A DNA stretch of 64,000 nucleotides from positions 1,302,001 to 1,366,000 of the forward strand of contig OZ251241.1 in NCBI GenBank assembly GCA_965240325.2. Direction: 5' to 3'. Position 1 is the stretch's first letter, and the number at the start of each line of letters is the position of its first letter. The DNA is from Rebecca billardiae RCC1528. Taxonomy: Eukaryota > Protista > Haptophyta. Both the position numbers and the translations under genes were made by a program. Of the stretch, positions 47,330 through 60,335 are shown piece by piece. The notes below the pieces were generated by a model. It made no database searches and was not told where the DNA came from. It was given only the letters and a program-made list of their open reading frames with translations.

Positions 47330-47610
47330 TCCTGAAGAGGGAGCGCGTCCCAGCCAGCCCTTCGGCTTTCGAGGACCGGAGTCACGGGGGCCGGACCCAG
47401 CCGAGATGCGCACGAAACGGTAGTCACTATCAGCATGGCGGCGTGCTAAGGCGCTGCGGCTTTCTCTCTCAACTTTGACCTGTGGCATGTGCGAGAGACA
47501 GGATCGCGCACACCCATGGGCGCCGTGTGGTGCATCTGCTCTGCGCGCGCCGAGACGGACCAATCCTACAGTAGACGATTCCGCGCGTCAATCCGCGCTG
47601 AGACGCCCGT

Positions 47611-50600
47611 TCACCCGGCCCCGTGATGGCCGCTGCCAACGAGCGGCGCCACGGCCTTGAGCTTGCCCCACTGCTTTCCCGCAGGCGACGGGACGGACGG
47701 AGACCCCACGACTGCGCCCTGCTTAGTGCCCAAGCCCTGCAGCTGGCTGCGGCGCTGCTCCTTCTTCTCCTTCGCGCGCAACACCTGCAGCTTCTCCCAC
47801 TTTTTGTGCTTGCCGATCGCGCCGTCCGTCGGCTGATCCGCGGAGAAGATCTTCTCGAGAGTCTGGGCAGAAGTCCTCTTCTTCTGGTTGAGCTCCTCTT
47901 GGATCGCCTGCACACAACGCGCGCGCGCGGACGCGCGCGCGCGCTTGAGCGGCATCGGGAGCGGGCGCGTCTGTGCGGCCGCGCAGGGCGGCAATCGCGC
48001 GCGTTTGCACAGGCCTCATGCGGCGCGCGCACCTTGGCGCGCGCGAAGTGCTCGTCCACTCCGGGGAGCAGCCTGTTGAAGGCGGCGTAGTTCGAGCGCG
48101 GCAAGACGAGCAAGTGGCACGGCTCATCCGCGACGATGGACGCCGTGCGCACGGGCAGCTCCGACCGGTCCTTCGACGCGGCGATGAGGCCGGCCTCGCC
48201 GAAGTAGCGCGAGCCGCTCTCCTCGCGCCCGCCCTCGACTGCTTTGATCGAGCCCACGTGGATGGCCCGCCGGGGCTTGGTCGGCAGCCAGACGAGCGCC
48301 TGCCGCGTCCATCGGGTGGCAGACAGGCGCGCGGGGTTGACGGGCGTAGGGATCGACGGGTGAGGGCGCATGCGCAGCGGGACGCCGTGCGCGCACGATC
48401 CGCGCTGGAGGCTCCGGGCGTGCAGCCGGAGCCAGCCGCCGGACGCACGGGCGTGACGAGGGGCACGAGGCGTCAGCGCCGCGCGCGCACCCGAGCGGAT
48501 CCTCTGAGCATGATGAAGAAGGCGTCTGCGTCGTCTCCTTGCTTGCAGATCACCGCGTCCGTGTTGACGTGGCTGAACTGGAAGAGCCCGCCGACCGTCT
48601 CGAGCATGGACACGTCGTTCGACCCCATGCGGCCAACGAGCGTGCTGTAGATGATAGATGAGAACAGCTTGCCCGAGTGCTCCGCAAGAAGCCGAGCGGA
48701 GACTCGCCGGTGCACGCTCCACAGCAGAGGCTGCGGCACGGCCTGCGCACGCGCGTGCGGAGGGCGGTGTCGCAGCGCGGGGCGGGGGTTGGCGACGAGC
48801 TGAGGATGTATGCGGACGGGCACAGCAGCGCACAGCCGTGCCAGCGCGCAGCAGCAGCCAGCCTCACCAGCACGCGCGCGCGCGCGCACGCCGCCCGCAT
48901 CCGCACTCCGATGCACGGGCGGTGTGTGATCGGTGCGTTTGCGGTGTGCGCGCGCGTGCCATGCATGCGCACCTCGCGAGGGATGGCCAGGAGCGTCGCT
49001 CCGGAGGGCCCCGCCGTGGCGTCCGTGAGGCGCAGGAGCGGGTGGAACTTTGTCCGCACCGCGCTGACGGCGCCCGAGTGCAGATCGGTCGCCGACTGGT
49101 CGATCATGCACCAAAACGCCTCCTCGCCCAGGCACGCGCCGAGCCCGGCGTTGACGACGGTGCCTCCATCAAACGACTTGAGCGAGACCGAGCCGTGCAG
49201 GACGACGTACATGCACACGCCCACAGAGCCGTCGCGATAGAGCGTGGAGTACCGCTCCACCTTGCGGATGCAGAGCCCGGGGACGACTCGACGCGCCTGC
49301 TCGCGCGTGCAGTGCCCTCCAAAGAGGCCTGACTCCACGCAGAGGTGCACGCATCCTTCGACGACGGGGTCGTTTTCGTTCCCCGCGATGAGCTGCAGCG
49401 GTTGCTCCGCTTTGAGCGCCTGCGCCGCCGTCGCGTCGGGCCCGCCGCCGCCGCCGCCGTCCATTTTCTGCTTGAATGCGCGCGCGATCTCCTCGGACGT
49501 GCGCTCGTCGCGTGGCAACGACCCACTCGCAGCGCCCGGCACCGGCAGGTGCGCCATGGACGACGTCATCGGGCCACGCGTCCCCATGGAGGTGATGTCC
49601 GAGATGAGCATGGATGGCCGCCTCTTGATCATCGCCTGACTTCGGCGAGGCATCGGAGAGGTTGCTGACTGGGAGCCATCATCCACGGGGCTCGGGGGCG
49701 GCCACGCGCTGCCTTCAGCAGCCTGTGAGCCCGGCATGGGCGAGAAGATGCGCAGAGCGCCCTCGTCCGCAGCGGCGCGGCTTGCGCGCGACGAGAAGCT
49801 CACACTCTCGCTTCGCGACTCGGCGCGCTCCAAGAGCGCCGCCACCAGCTGCTCGCCCCGCAGGACGGAATCTGCCGCGCCGCCCAAGGTGGCCTTGCGT
49901 CGGCGCATGGGCGACGCTGCGATATGCTGCGCTCGTCGAACCTTCGACGGCGAGCCAAAGGCGACGTACAGCTCGGCGTTGGCGTTGCTTGGTCGGCCAG
50001 AGGCTGGTGATGCCGCAGTACCCACCCGCGAGCCGTCCGCGCCGAGATCTGCCTCGCCTTCCGCCGTCATGCGGCGGCGGCGACCGTGCGGTGATGGAGA
50101 GCCGAGGGCCGCGGCACCGCCGGCGCCTGCGTCGGTGCTCGCACCACCGTCTGCTTGCGTGGCCGACTTCCCCATCGACGCCCGCATCGCAAACACCGAG
50201 ATGGATGCGCCCGGCGCAAGGCTGCACCTGCGCTGCTCACCGGCACCCGTCGTCACCGACATCCGCATGCCGCTGCTCGTGCTTCGCCCTGCCGCGGCTG
50301 CGGCCATGGCGCCATCGTCCATGTCGTCCTCGCTCTCCGTCTCGTCGCTCGAGCATTCGACACTGCTGGAGTCGGCATCGCCATTGCTGCTGCTCGCGGC
50401 ATCGGCATCGGCACCAGCGCGTGGTTCGGTGCCGCCCCAGCCGGTGCCCGGTACGGCAAAGCGCACGCCGCCCATGCTCCCTCCGCGCGGCGGTTCGATC
50501 GAGAGGGTCGGCCCGTCCGAGAAGAGCGGGGCCTCGTCGTCCTCCTCGCCGCTCGAGCCGTCCTCCTCCAGCGCCGCAAGCCGGCTCGGGCCCAGCATGA

Positions 50601-52188
50601 AGAGGGGCGCCACGTCGTCGTCCTCGGAGCAGGCGTCGCTGCTCGTGTCGCCATCCCAGTTCCCGTCGAGCGTCGCGCTGCTCTCGTTCGGCGCCAGGCT
50701 GACCCGAAGCGACATCCGGTCGAACGGCTCCTCTGGCGCGCGTGCCTGTAGCGCGGCCATCGGATCCGATGCCGGTGCCGCGGCCAGCTCTGCTTCCGCC
50801 GTCGGAGCAGCCCCACCCCTCGCCGACGCCGCCGCCGGCTGCGCACCCTCGCGCTCATCTCCGTCATCGCACGCAGCGGTGGCGCCAGTCACGGCTGCGA
50901 CGGTGGTCTGTGCATCGCCAGCGCCGGATGGCCGGGCCTCCTGCGTCGGACGAATGGTGCGCCGGCCGCTCCATGGCGATTTCCGTGCCGCGCTCGCGGC
51001 TGCGCTCGCGGCCACCTCCGGCGTGCCGTGCGGTGCGCACGACCGTTTCGATGCGGTGGGCGTGCGCGCGCTTGCGCTGCGCCGCGCCGCCGACGGAGTC
51101 GCTGCCTGCGCTGCAACTGAGCGTCGGCCACCGCTCGGAGTTGTCGCCACCATCGAGCGCCGGGCACCGCTCGGGGTCATTGTGCTGGCGAGAGCTGGTT
51201 GCGCGCTCGTGCCGCCACCTACCGCGCCCGTCGAAAAGGTTGAGCCACCAACGTCGGCGAGCGACATCGAGGTGCGCGTGGGCGCGTTATGCCCAGTGCC
51301 TTGGCCATCGCCGCCGCCGACTGCTCCGCGCGACTCCTCGACGGACCAGCCAGGCGGCGGCGGCGCGCCAGCTGGGTGCGCATCTGCCGCGTTGAAGCTC
51401 GCTGCCGGTATCGGCGGGATCTGCGGCTGCTGCGAATAGAAGAGTGGCTTGGCCCCCGGCGCCATCCTCCTCGGCGGAGTGACTGGAGCCAGCGATGTCC
51501 CTGCCGCAGCATCAGCGGAGAGCAAGCCGCCCGTCGTCCTTGCGACCGTCGCATCGTAGTACTCGGAGGAGGAGACGAGGCCAGCCGCAGAGCCCGCCAA
51601 CGCGGAATGCGCCCCGAGTGCGCCGCCGGCAAGCTCATGGGGCGGCTGTGCTGGTGCCTGCCGTCTGCAGGTCGCCGGCGACATGTCGGAGATGGTCGAG
51701 GCCGGCAGCGCGGCCCTTGCACCGCCAGCTGCTCCACTCGGCTCGCCGTACGAGCCCCGTCTGCCTCCGGCAGTAGACAGCGGGCGCTCGCTGCCGTCCC
51801 GGCCTCGCGTGGATGGCCGCTTCGCAGGCTTGGGCACCTGGAACTGATGGATGGCGCCCTGGCTGGTCGCCGCGTCTGCGGCGGTGCGTGGCCGCAGGAT
51901 TGGCGGCATCTGTTTCCCCGGCCGCCACGGGCTCGTGGCCGAGGCGCCGCCTCCAGCACCCGCGCTGTGCGCGGGCAGGGCGCCAGGCTCCACGCCTGTG
52001 CGGCGGAGCACTGCCGCGAGCGCCTGCACTGTGACCGTCGAGTTCCCAGCGCTGTTGTGGGACGAAGACTTCGGCGGGGAGGGTATCGCCGGCATCTCCC
52101 CCTTGCCAGCAGCAGCATGGCCAGGGTGCCGCTTGCCCCGAGCAGGCGTCCCGACGGCGAAGCGTGTCCCACCGGCTCTGGTGGCCAT
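47611..52188 (-). CDS. Protein with long disordered N-terminus and two C-terminal cyclic nucleotide-binding domains; multi-exon
   Basis: CNB1: LYRDGSVGVCMYVVLHGSV...CLGEEAF. CNB2: ICKQGDDADAFFIMLRG...YFGEAGLI...VRTASIVADEPCHLLVL. GT-AG introns between ~47908 and ~48972. Start codon is uncertain. Confidence 0.8.
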
Positions 52189-52547
52189 AATGCCGCCACC
52201 CACAACCCCAGCAACGCTACCGCTCCGGCTGCTCACGCGAACGAGTTCAGAGTCGGTTGCAGCTGCGGCCCGGCCTGATTCCTGCAGAATGAGTACATCA
52301 GCGTAATGACGGCAGCATCAATCCTTCTGCGGGCAGCCCGTCGTCGGCGTGGTAAAGTATGTGGACGGACGAACCCAAGCCACTTCCGGGTATTCGTCTC
52401 CTTTCGGTAGCGTGACGTTACTTCTTAGTTGCGACAGTAAAAAAACGACGGGCGCCCAAAACTGAAACTGAACTCCAACTCGTCCCTGGCGACCAAGCAG
52501 TGCCGTTACGAGTACGTACGCAAAGGTCGCGCCCGCCCCGTTCCGCC

Positions 52548-55500
52548 ATGGTCATGGCGGCGTCGGGCGGGGAGCGCATCTCGCTCGCCGAGCCGGGCGC
52601 CAAGTCGGCGGCCGACCAGCTCGTGCGCGTGCGCTCGACATCCGTCCTGCTCCATGACTTCACCGACTCGGAGCTCAGCGCCCTCGCTGGATACGTCGAG
52701 GTGGTCACGGCACCGGAGGGCGAGCAAGTGCTGCTGCGTGGGCAGCGCGCGCTCTGGCTGGGCGTCGTGCTGAAGGGCAAGGTGCTCACGTCGCTCCACG
52801 GCGTGCCCCTGCGCACGCTCGGCCCAGGCGACTCCATCGGCGAGGCCGCCGCCCTGCGCGACGGGTTCCGCACCGCAGACGGCGTGAGCGAGGGCGAGAC
52901 GACACTGGCGGTGCTGATGCTCGACAAGCTCGCCAGCCTGCCGTCGGACATCTCGCTCAAGCTGCACGCGGCGTGCGCGCGCGTCGCGGTGGCGATGCAC
53001 GCCGCAAACGCCTCGCCGCGCGCCTCCGGCGCCGCCGCCGACGAGGCGGCGGGCGAGGAGGCCGTCGGCCCGCTGCTGCCGCGGCTGCAACAGCTGCTCG
53101 CCGAGGGGCAGGGCGTCTTTGCGCCGCGCGACGGCGGCAGCTTCTCCAAGTCGGAGGTGGTGACGCTCGCGCGGCACATGCACTTCTGCCGGTACCGCCG
53201 AGGCGACGAGGTGCGCGCCGGCGGCATCGTCCTCGACGGCGCCCTCTCCGTGCACGCGCCCGTCGTGGCGAGCGCCGCGCGCGCGGAGCCGTGGGAGGCG
53301 CGCGACGGCGCGCCGTTCGGCGAGCTCGGCCCGGGTACGGGCGGCGGCGCGCGGTGCGTCGTCGCGTCGGAGGACGCGGCGGTGGCGCTGATGCCGTACA
53401 CCGAGGTGCTCGCGCTCGCGCGCATCGACGCGCCCCTCGCGCTGCGCATCGCCAAGGCGCACGCGCTCGCGACGCTCGACGCTGTGCCGGGCGCGGACCC
53501 GTTTGCCGCCGCCGCCGCCGCCGCGGGCGCCGCGAGCGCGGCGGATGCGTCGACGACGGTGGCGCGCGCGGCGCGCGCTGGCGGCGGCGGCGGCGGCGGC
53601 TCCACGCCGTTCGCCCTCAGCTCGAGCGCACTCCTCTCCCGGCTGCGCGTCGGCGCCGCCGCGGGCGGCGGCGCCTCCCGCTGGGCTGCGTTGCTGTCGT
53701 TTGTGCACTCGCTCGGGCCGCTGGAGCTCTTCACCAGAGGGGCGGTGCTGCGCGCGCTGCTCGCGGACCCGGCGAGCCGCGCGGCGGACGCGGCGACGGC
53801 GGACCCGCTCGCGAACGTCTCCTCCATCGACGCCGCGATCGCCGCCGCGCGCGAGGAGCGCCGCCGCCACGAGGAGACGAAGGCGGAGCGCTCTCGGCTG
53901 GAGGAGGCCCTGTCCGTCACGCAGCGGCTGTCGCACGACAAGGAGGAGCTCTTGTCCAAGCTCACGCGCTGGGTGGACGAGTGGAAGCTCAAGGCGTCGA
54001 AGCTGGAGGACCGGCTCGCCGCGGCGGACGCGGAGAAGGAGGGCGCGATGCGCCAGCTCAAGAACGACCTGGACAAGCTCAAGGCCGCCGTCGGGCCCGA
54101 CTGGCAGGCGGTGCTGCGCGGCGAGCGCGCGGGCGAGTCGATTGGCGAGCAGATGCTCAAGCTGAGGGAAGACCTCGCGCGCACGCGCAACCAGCGGGAC
54201 ACGCTGAAGAAGGAGTTCGCGGCGAAGGAGCGCGAGCTGCGGCTGGCCGCGTCGCTCACCACGCACGTGCTCGAGGCGCGCGTCGCCGACCTCGGCCGCC
54301 GGCTGCGCGAGTCGAACGAGCGGCTCGACGCGACCACGCAGCGCGCGCTCGGCGCCGCGCACCTCGCGCGCGCGCTGCGCGTCGACGCAGAGGCGCTGGA
54401 GGGCGCGGCGACGCGGCGGATCGTCGGGCTGCAGGCCGAGCTGGAGGTGGCGCGACGCGACGGCCTCGCGCGCGCGCGCGAGAAGGACGCGCTCCGCCTC
54501 TCCGTCGCCAAGCTCGAGGCCGAGTCGCTCCGGCTCGCGCCCGCGTCCGTGGGCACGTCCGCGCTGGAGGCGGAGCTGCGCGAGGCGGACGGCGCGCTCT
54601 CCAAGATGCGCACGGCGGGGAAGGCGCTGGCGATGGTGTACTTCCGGCAGGTCGCGCTGGGCCGCCGCGCGACACGCGACGCGGACGAGCGCGCGCGCGC
54701 CCTCGGCGCGCAGCTGCTGCACGAGCGCCGGCTGCGGCGCGAGCTGGGCGTGCGGCTGCAGGGCACGGTCGAGGCGGCCAACGCGGGGCGGCAGACGCTG
54801 CTGCGCGCCATCCTCGCCGCCGAGGGGAAGAGCGAGTCGCAGCGCGCGCAGCTGGACGTGGTGCGCGCGCAGCTGGCGCAGCTGCGCAAGCAGTCCGACG
54901 CCGTCGAGTCCGAGCTGCAGCACGCGCGCGAGGACGCCTCGCGCGGCGCGGAGGAGCGCGACGTGCTGCGCACGCGCGCCGAGCACGCGCTGCACGAGCT
55001 GCGCCAGGCGGAGGGGCGGCGGCACAACCTGATGGCCTTCTTCCAGCTGGCGTTCCGGCGGATGCTCGAGCTGGAGCAGTCGTTCGGCTCGCTCGTGTAC
55101 TCGGACGCGGGCGAGCGCGCCGCCGCCTCGCTCGTCTCGCAGCCGCCCTCCGCCGCCGCGGGCGCGGGCGCGGGCGGCGTGGGCGCGCCGCCGCCGCCCG
55201 GCGCGGCCGGCGGCGCGGCCGGCGGCGCGGCCGGCGGCGCGGCCGGCGGCGGCGGCGGCGCGCTCGGCCGGCCGAGCACGGCCAAGAGCGACGAGGAGGC
55301 GATCGCCGAGGCGGCGGCGGCGGCGGCGGCCAGCGTGGCCGGGCTCAGCCCGCCGACCACCGCCGACGGGCAGCACTCGCGCGCTGGCGCCGACGGCGCG
55401 CACCCCGGCAGCCCGCCCGCCGGCGGCGCGCGCGTGCTGACCGCGCTGCCGCCCGCCGAGGCGGCGCGTCAGATCGAGCAGCAGCGGCAGATCGCGCAGG

Positions 55501-56617
55501 CGGCGCTGCAGGCGCTCTCCGAGTCGTGGTACATCCGCGCGATCCTGACGGAGCAGCACGAGGCGTTCACCACGAGCGGCGGCGACCTGGGCCGGCAGTG
55601 GGAGGCTGGGCGCAACGTCTCGCTGCACGGCGGCGGCGCGGGCGGCGGCGCGCGCCTCTCGCCGCAGCGCGCGCGCACGCTCTCGCCGCCGCTCCCGCGC
55701 CGGCCGCCGCGGCCGCGCTCCGCGGCGGACATGGGCGCGCCGGGGCTGCGCATGGAGGTGAGCCTGCCGCCCATCGACGCGCGCTCCGCCTCGGCCGCGC
55801 CCGCCGCCGGCGCGCGTGAGGACGGCGCCGGCGCGCAGCCGCCGCCGCCCACGCCACCGCGCCAGCCGGCGGCGGACGCGGGCGCGGGCGCGGCCGCGCG
55901 GCCGTCGGCCGCGTCGGCGTCCGCGTCCGGCCTGCGGCCGCCAGAGGGGGGCGCGCCGCTGATGCCGATCTCGGCGCTCACGCTCAGCGGCTCGCGGGAG
56001 GCGATCGCGTCGGGTGCGGCGCGCCGCGCCGCGCGCCGCGGGCGCGCGAGCACCGCCGTGCGCGCGCCCGGCGCTCACGCGCGCCGCCCGCCCGCCCCGC
56101 CACCCGCGTCCGCGCGCGCGCGCGCGCAGGGCGCGGCGCGATCCTGCCGCCCGCGCCCGGCGCGCGCGTGCGCCCGCCCGGCGTGCCCGTGCTCGAGCCC
56201 TCCGCCTCGGCGATGCCGCGCAAGCAGCAGCACATCCCGACCGACCGCAACACCAAGCGGCTGCTCGACTTCCAGCTCGTGCAGCGCGGGCTGCTCGGCA
56301 TGGACCTCGCGCACGCCGCAGCCGCGGGCGCGCCGGTCGCGCCGGACGGCGCGGCGCAGCGGCCGCGCAGCGGCAGCCACCAGAACATCTTCCGGCGCTC
56401 GGCGCTCGGCCGTTCGGCGGGCGTGCGCGGCGGCGCACTCGTGTCCTCGTCGGCGCCGCTGCACGCGAGCAGTCGCGCGCCCGTGCAGCAGGCCGACCCG
56501 AAGACGGCGGGGCTGCAGCTCGTCGTGCTCGACCGCCCGGCCGACGGCCCGGGGCCGGGCGCAGGCGCGCCCCGGCAGCACCAGTACTCGCAGCAGGCCT
56601 CGGCAGCCACACGCTGA
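52548..56617 (+). CDS. N-terminal cNMP-binding-like domains + long coiled coil; 2 exons
   Basis: LLHDFTDSELSALAGY...VLLRGQ...VVLKGKV...LGPGDSIGEAAAL....RTADGV, a second degenerate CNB (PFGEL), then a heptad-rich region. Intron ~56014-56129. Confidence 0.75.
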
Positions 56618-57497
56618 GGGTGCGGCGGGGCGGTATACTGGCTACGGTGGCTACCGTCATACTTATAGGCACCGGCGCGGGCGGCAATGCATTCACGCGA
56701 CGCCCTAGTGATTCCGACCATTCGCGAGGATACGTATCAATACTGACTGGGTCTCACGGAGGCCTGCTCAACTCGACCTAGTCATGCCTCATCAGGCGCC
56801 GCTGGCACGGCCACTGCACGAGCACTCCGGCACGGGGCCGGGCGGCCGCCCAGTGCCGACAGCGCGCCCGATCGGCGCCGGGATCCGGTCGTGAATCGTG
56901 ATACTGATCCGGCTGATCGCGGATGGCGGGCCCGCATCGGCCGAAGCAGAGTACTGGCGCGCTGAGCTGTCGTTTCCTTGGATATGTATTGGGCGAATGC
57001 TGTGCGACGAATGCTTGCCAGGTAACCTCGCCGGGGCCGCCTCGCGAGTCTTCCGCAGTACGCCAACTGTTTAAGGCACCGGCAGTCTAGACTGTCTAGG
57101 CTGGCGCCGTAAGTTACGCGGCAGCAACCGGCGGCTGGTTTCAGTGGCCGTCAGCGAGACGGCCGCCGCGACTTGAGGAGGCGCGCACGCGGGCAAGCGA
57201 TCCCATGGCACCGTCAGGGGCGGCGGTGGAGTCGAGCCCCGTGAGTTTCCTCGTCATCCTGACCGACTGGCGGAGGTAATGCGGTCGACGCCTGGCGCGC
57301 CGCCTTGCGCTCCTGGCGATCCTTGCCTGCTTTGTTGTCCGCGACGCTGAGGGACCGGTGGCCGCGCGGGCCGGGGCTGCATGCACGTGCAGCAGCCGCT
57401 CGGGCTGGGCAGGCCTGGGCGGGCACTCTCCCGGGACCGAAGGTCTCCTGGCGCAAGCGGTGGCCGCCGCGACCACGTCGATCCGATCGCTCGCACG

Positions 57498-58668
57498 ATG
57501 GCAGAGCTGCCGGCCCGGCTGGCCAACCAGCACGCGCACGTGTTCTGCGGGCGCGATGCTCCCACGTCGACGCACACGGTTGAATACGCCGGCGCGTACG
57601 CCTCGCTCGGCTTCGACAACAGCCTGGACCTCGACGTGTTCCGGCGCGAGCTGCGCATCGAGGTACAGAGCCTCTCTGATGAGGAGATGGTTTTCGACAT
57701 TGTCGGCATCGACGCGCCGATCGCAAACGCGCTGCGACGCATCCTGCTGGCCGAGGTGCCGACGATGGCGATCGAGAAGGTGTGGGTTCAGATCAACACT
57801 TCCATCATCCAGGACGAGGTGCGTGGCGCACGCGCTGGGCCGCCCTCGATCGGCCGCTGGCCTGCAGCGCGCTGAGCGCTGCGCGCCGCGCCTGCGTGCC
57901 GCTGCCCGCGCGCAGGTCCTCGCTCACCGCCTCGGGCTGGTGCCGATCAGGGCAGACCCGGCGGAATTTGAGGAGCGCGGGGACAGCGACTCCAACCCGA
58001 GCAACACGCTCTGCTTCCGCCTGCGCGCGGAGTGCAAGCGGCTCGCCGAGCCGGGCGCTGACGGGGAGCAGTACGCCGGCGCGCAGGTGCTCTCGGGGCA
58101 GCTCCGCTGGGTGCCGCACGGCGAGCAGGCGGAGCGCTTCTCGGCGCAGCCGCCGAGGCCTGTGCACGACGACATACTGATCGCGAAGATGCGTCCTGGG
58201 CAGGTCATCGAGGTCGAGTGCTGGTGCGAGAAGGGCATCGGGCGCACACATGCCAAGTGGTCGCCAGTCGCGACCGCTTCATACCGCCTGCTGCCGCACA
58301 TCACCTTCCGCGAGCCCGTCACCGGAGAGGCGGCGTCCGAGCTCAAGGCGCTGTGCCCGATGGACGTCTTCGACATCGAGGACGTGGACGGCGTCCCCAC
58401 CGCCCGTACCGCGCGGCCACGATCGTGCTCCGTCTGCCGCGAGTGCGTGCGCGAGCCGCAGTGGGCCGAGCGCGTGGAGCTCTCGCGCGTTAAGAACCAC
58501 TTCATCTTCTCCGTCGAGTCGACAGGCGCGCTGCCGGCAGAGCGGCTGGTGCGCGATGCGTTGGGAGTCCTCAAGCAGAAGACCCTCGACACGATCCAGC
58601 GCCTCAAGGACGTGCTGGCGCAAGATGAGGAGATGGCTGCCGGGGGCACGGGGGGGGCTGAGGAATAA
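57498..58668 (+). CDS. POLR1C: DNA-directed RNA polymerases I and III subunit RPAC1 (AC40); 2 exons
   Basis: FDIVGIDAPIANALRRILLAEVPTMAIEKV..NTSIIQDE|VLAHRLGLVP, DILIAKMRPGQ, HAKWSPVATASYRLLP and HFIFSVESTG. Intron 57819-57915. Confidence 0.96.
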
Positions 58669-59256
58669 TGCCGGCGAGTCAGACGTCTGACTCCGCCACT
58701 CGACACTCGTCACTCGTCAGTCGAGTAGCTGTACATCAGTGATAAGATATAGGACTTCGTCTGATGTGGTTATTACAATTTTAAATTTAAATATAATAAA
58801 TACTATATATATTTATTATATATATATGTTACAATATAATTTGCGCTTTAATTCATAAAGCTGCCGAAGTCGCGGCGTCGTCGACTCCGACGAGCGGCCA
58901 GTTCAAGTTGTCTTGCGACACAGCCGCACTCAGCACTCGCAGCCGTGAACGTCAGCCGCGTGCCACGTTGAACAGTGGCGTGCACCGACAGACGAGTATG
59001 CAGTGCGACGGAGCGACACTCGTACTGCCCCGACTCATGGGTCGAGCCGGCCGTGATGGGCGCATGCAGCTGCGTCCCAAATGGTCGCGGAGAAGCGAGG
59101 CCGAAGACGCCGGCATCCCCGACATATGGCCCGGATGTGGGCGGGAAGGGCCAGGGCAGATGGAGACGGTCGCGCCGCCGCGCCGCCGTGCGCTCAACCG
59201 CCTTTTGGCACGTATCCACACTGGGGGTGCAGCTGGGCCGCCTCCCGCAGGCGCCC

Positions 59257-60237
<981 letters not shown>

Positions 60238-60335
60238 CTAAGAGATTACGGGTCACCGGATCGACGGTTGGTCAAGTCAACCCGCGCTCGCTCGACGGAA
60301 AGGCTCGCCGGTGGCACTGGGCCAGGCGCGACGAG

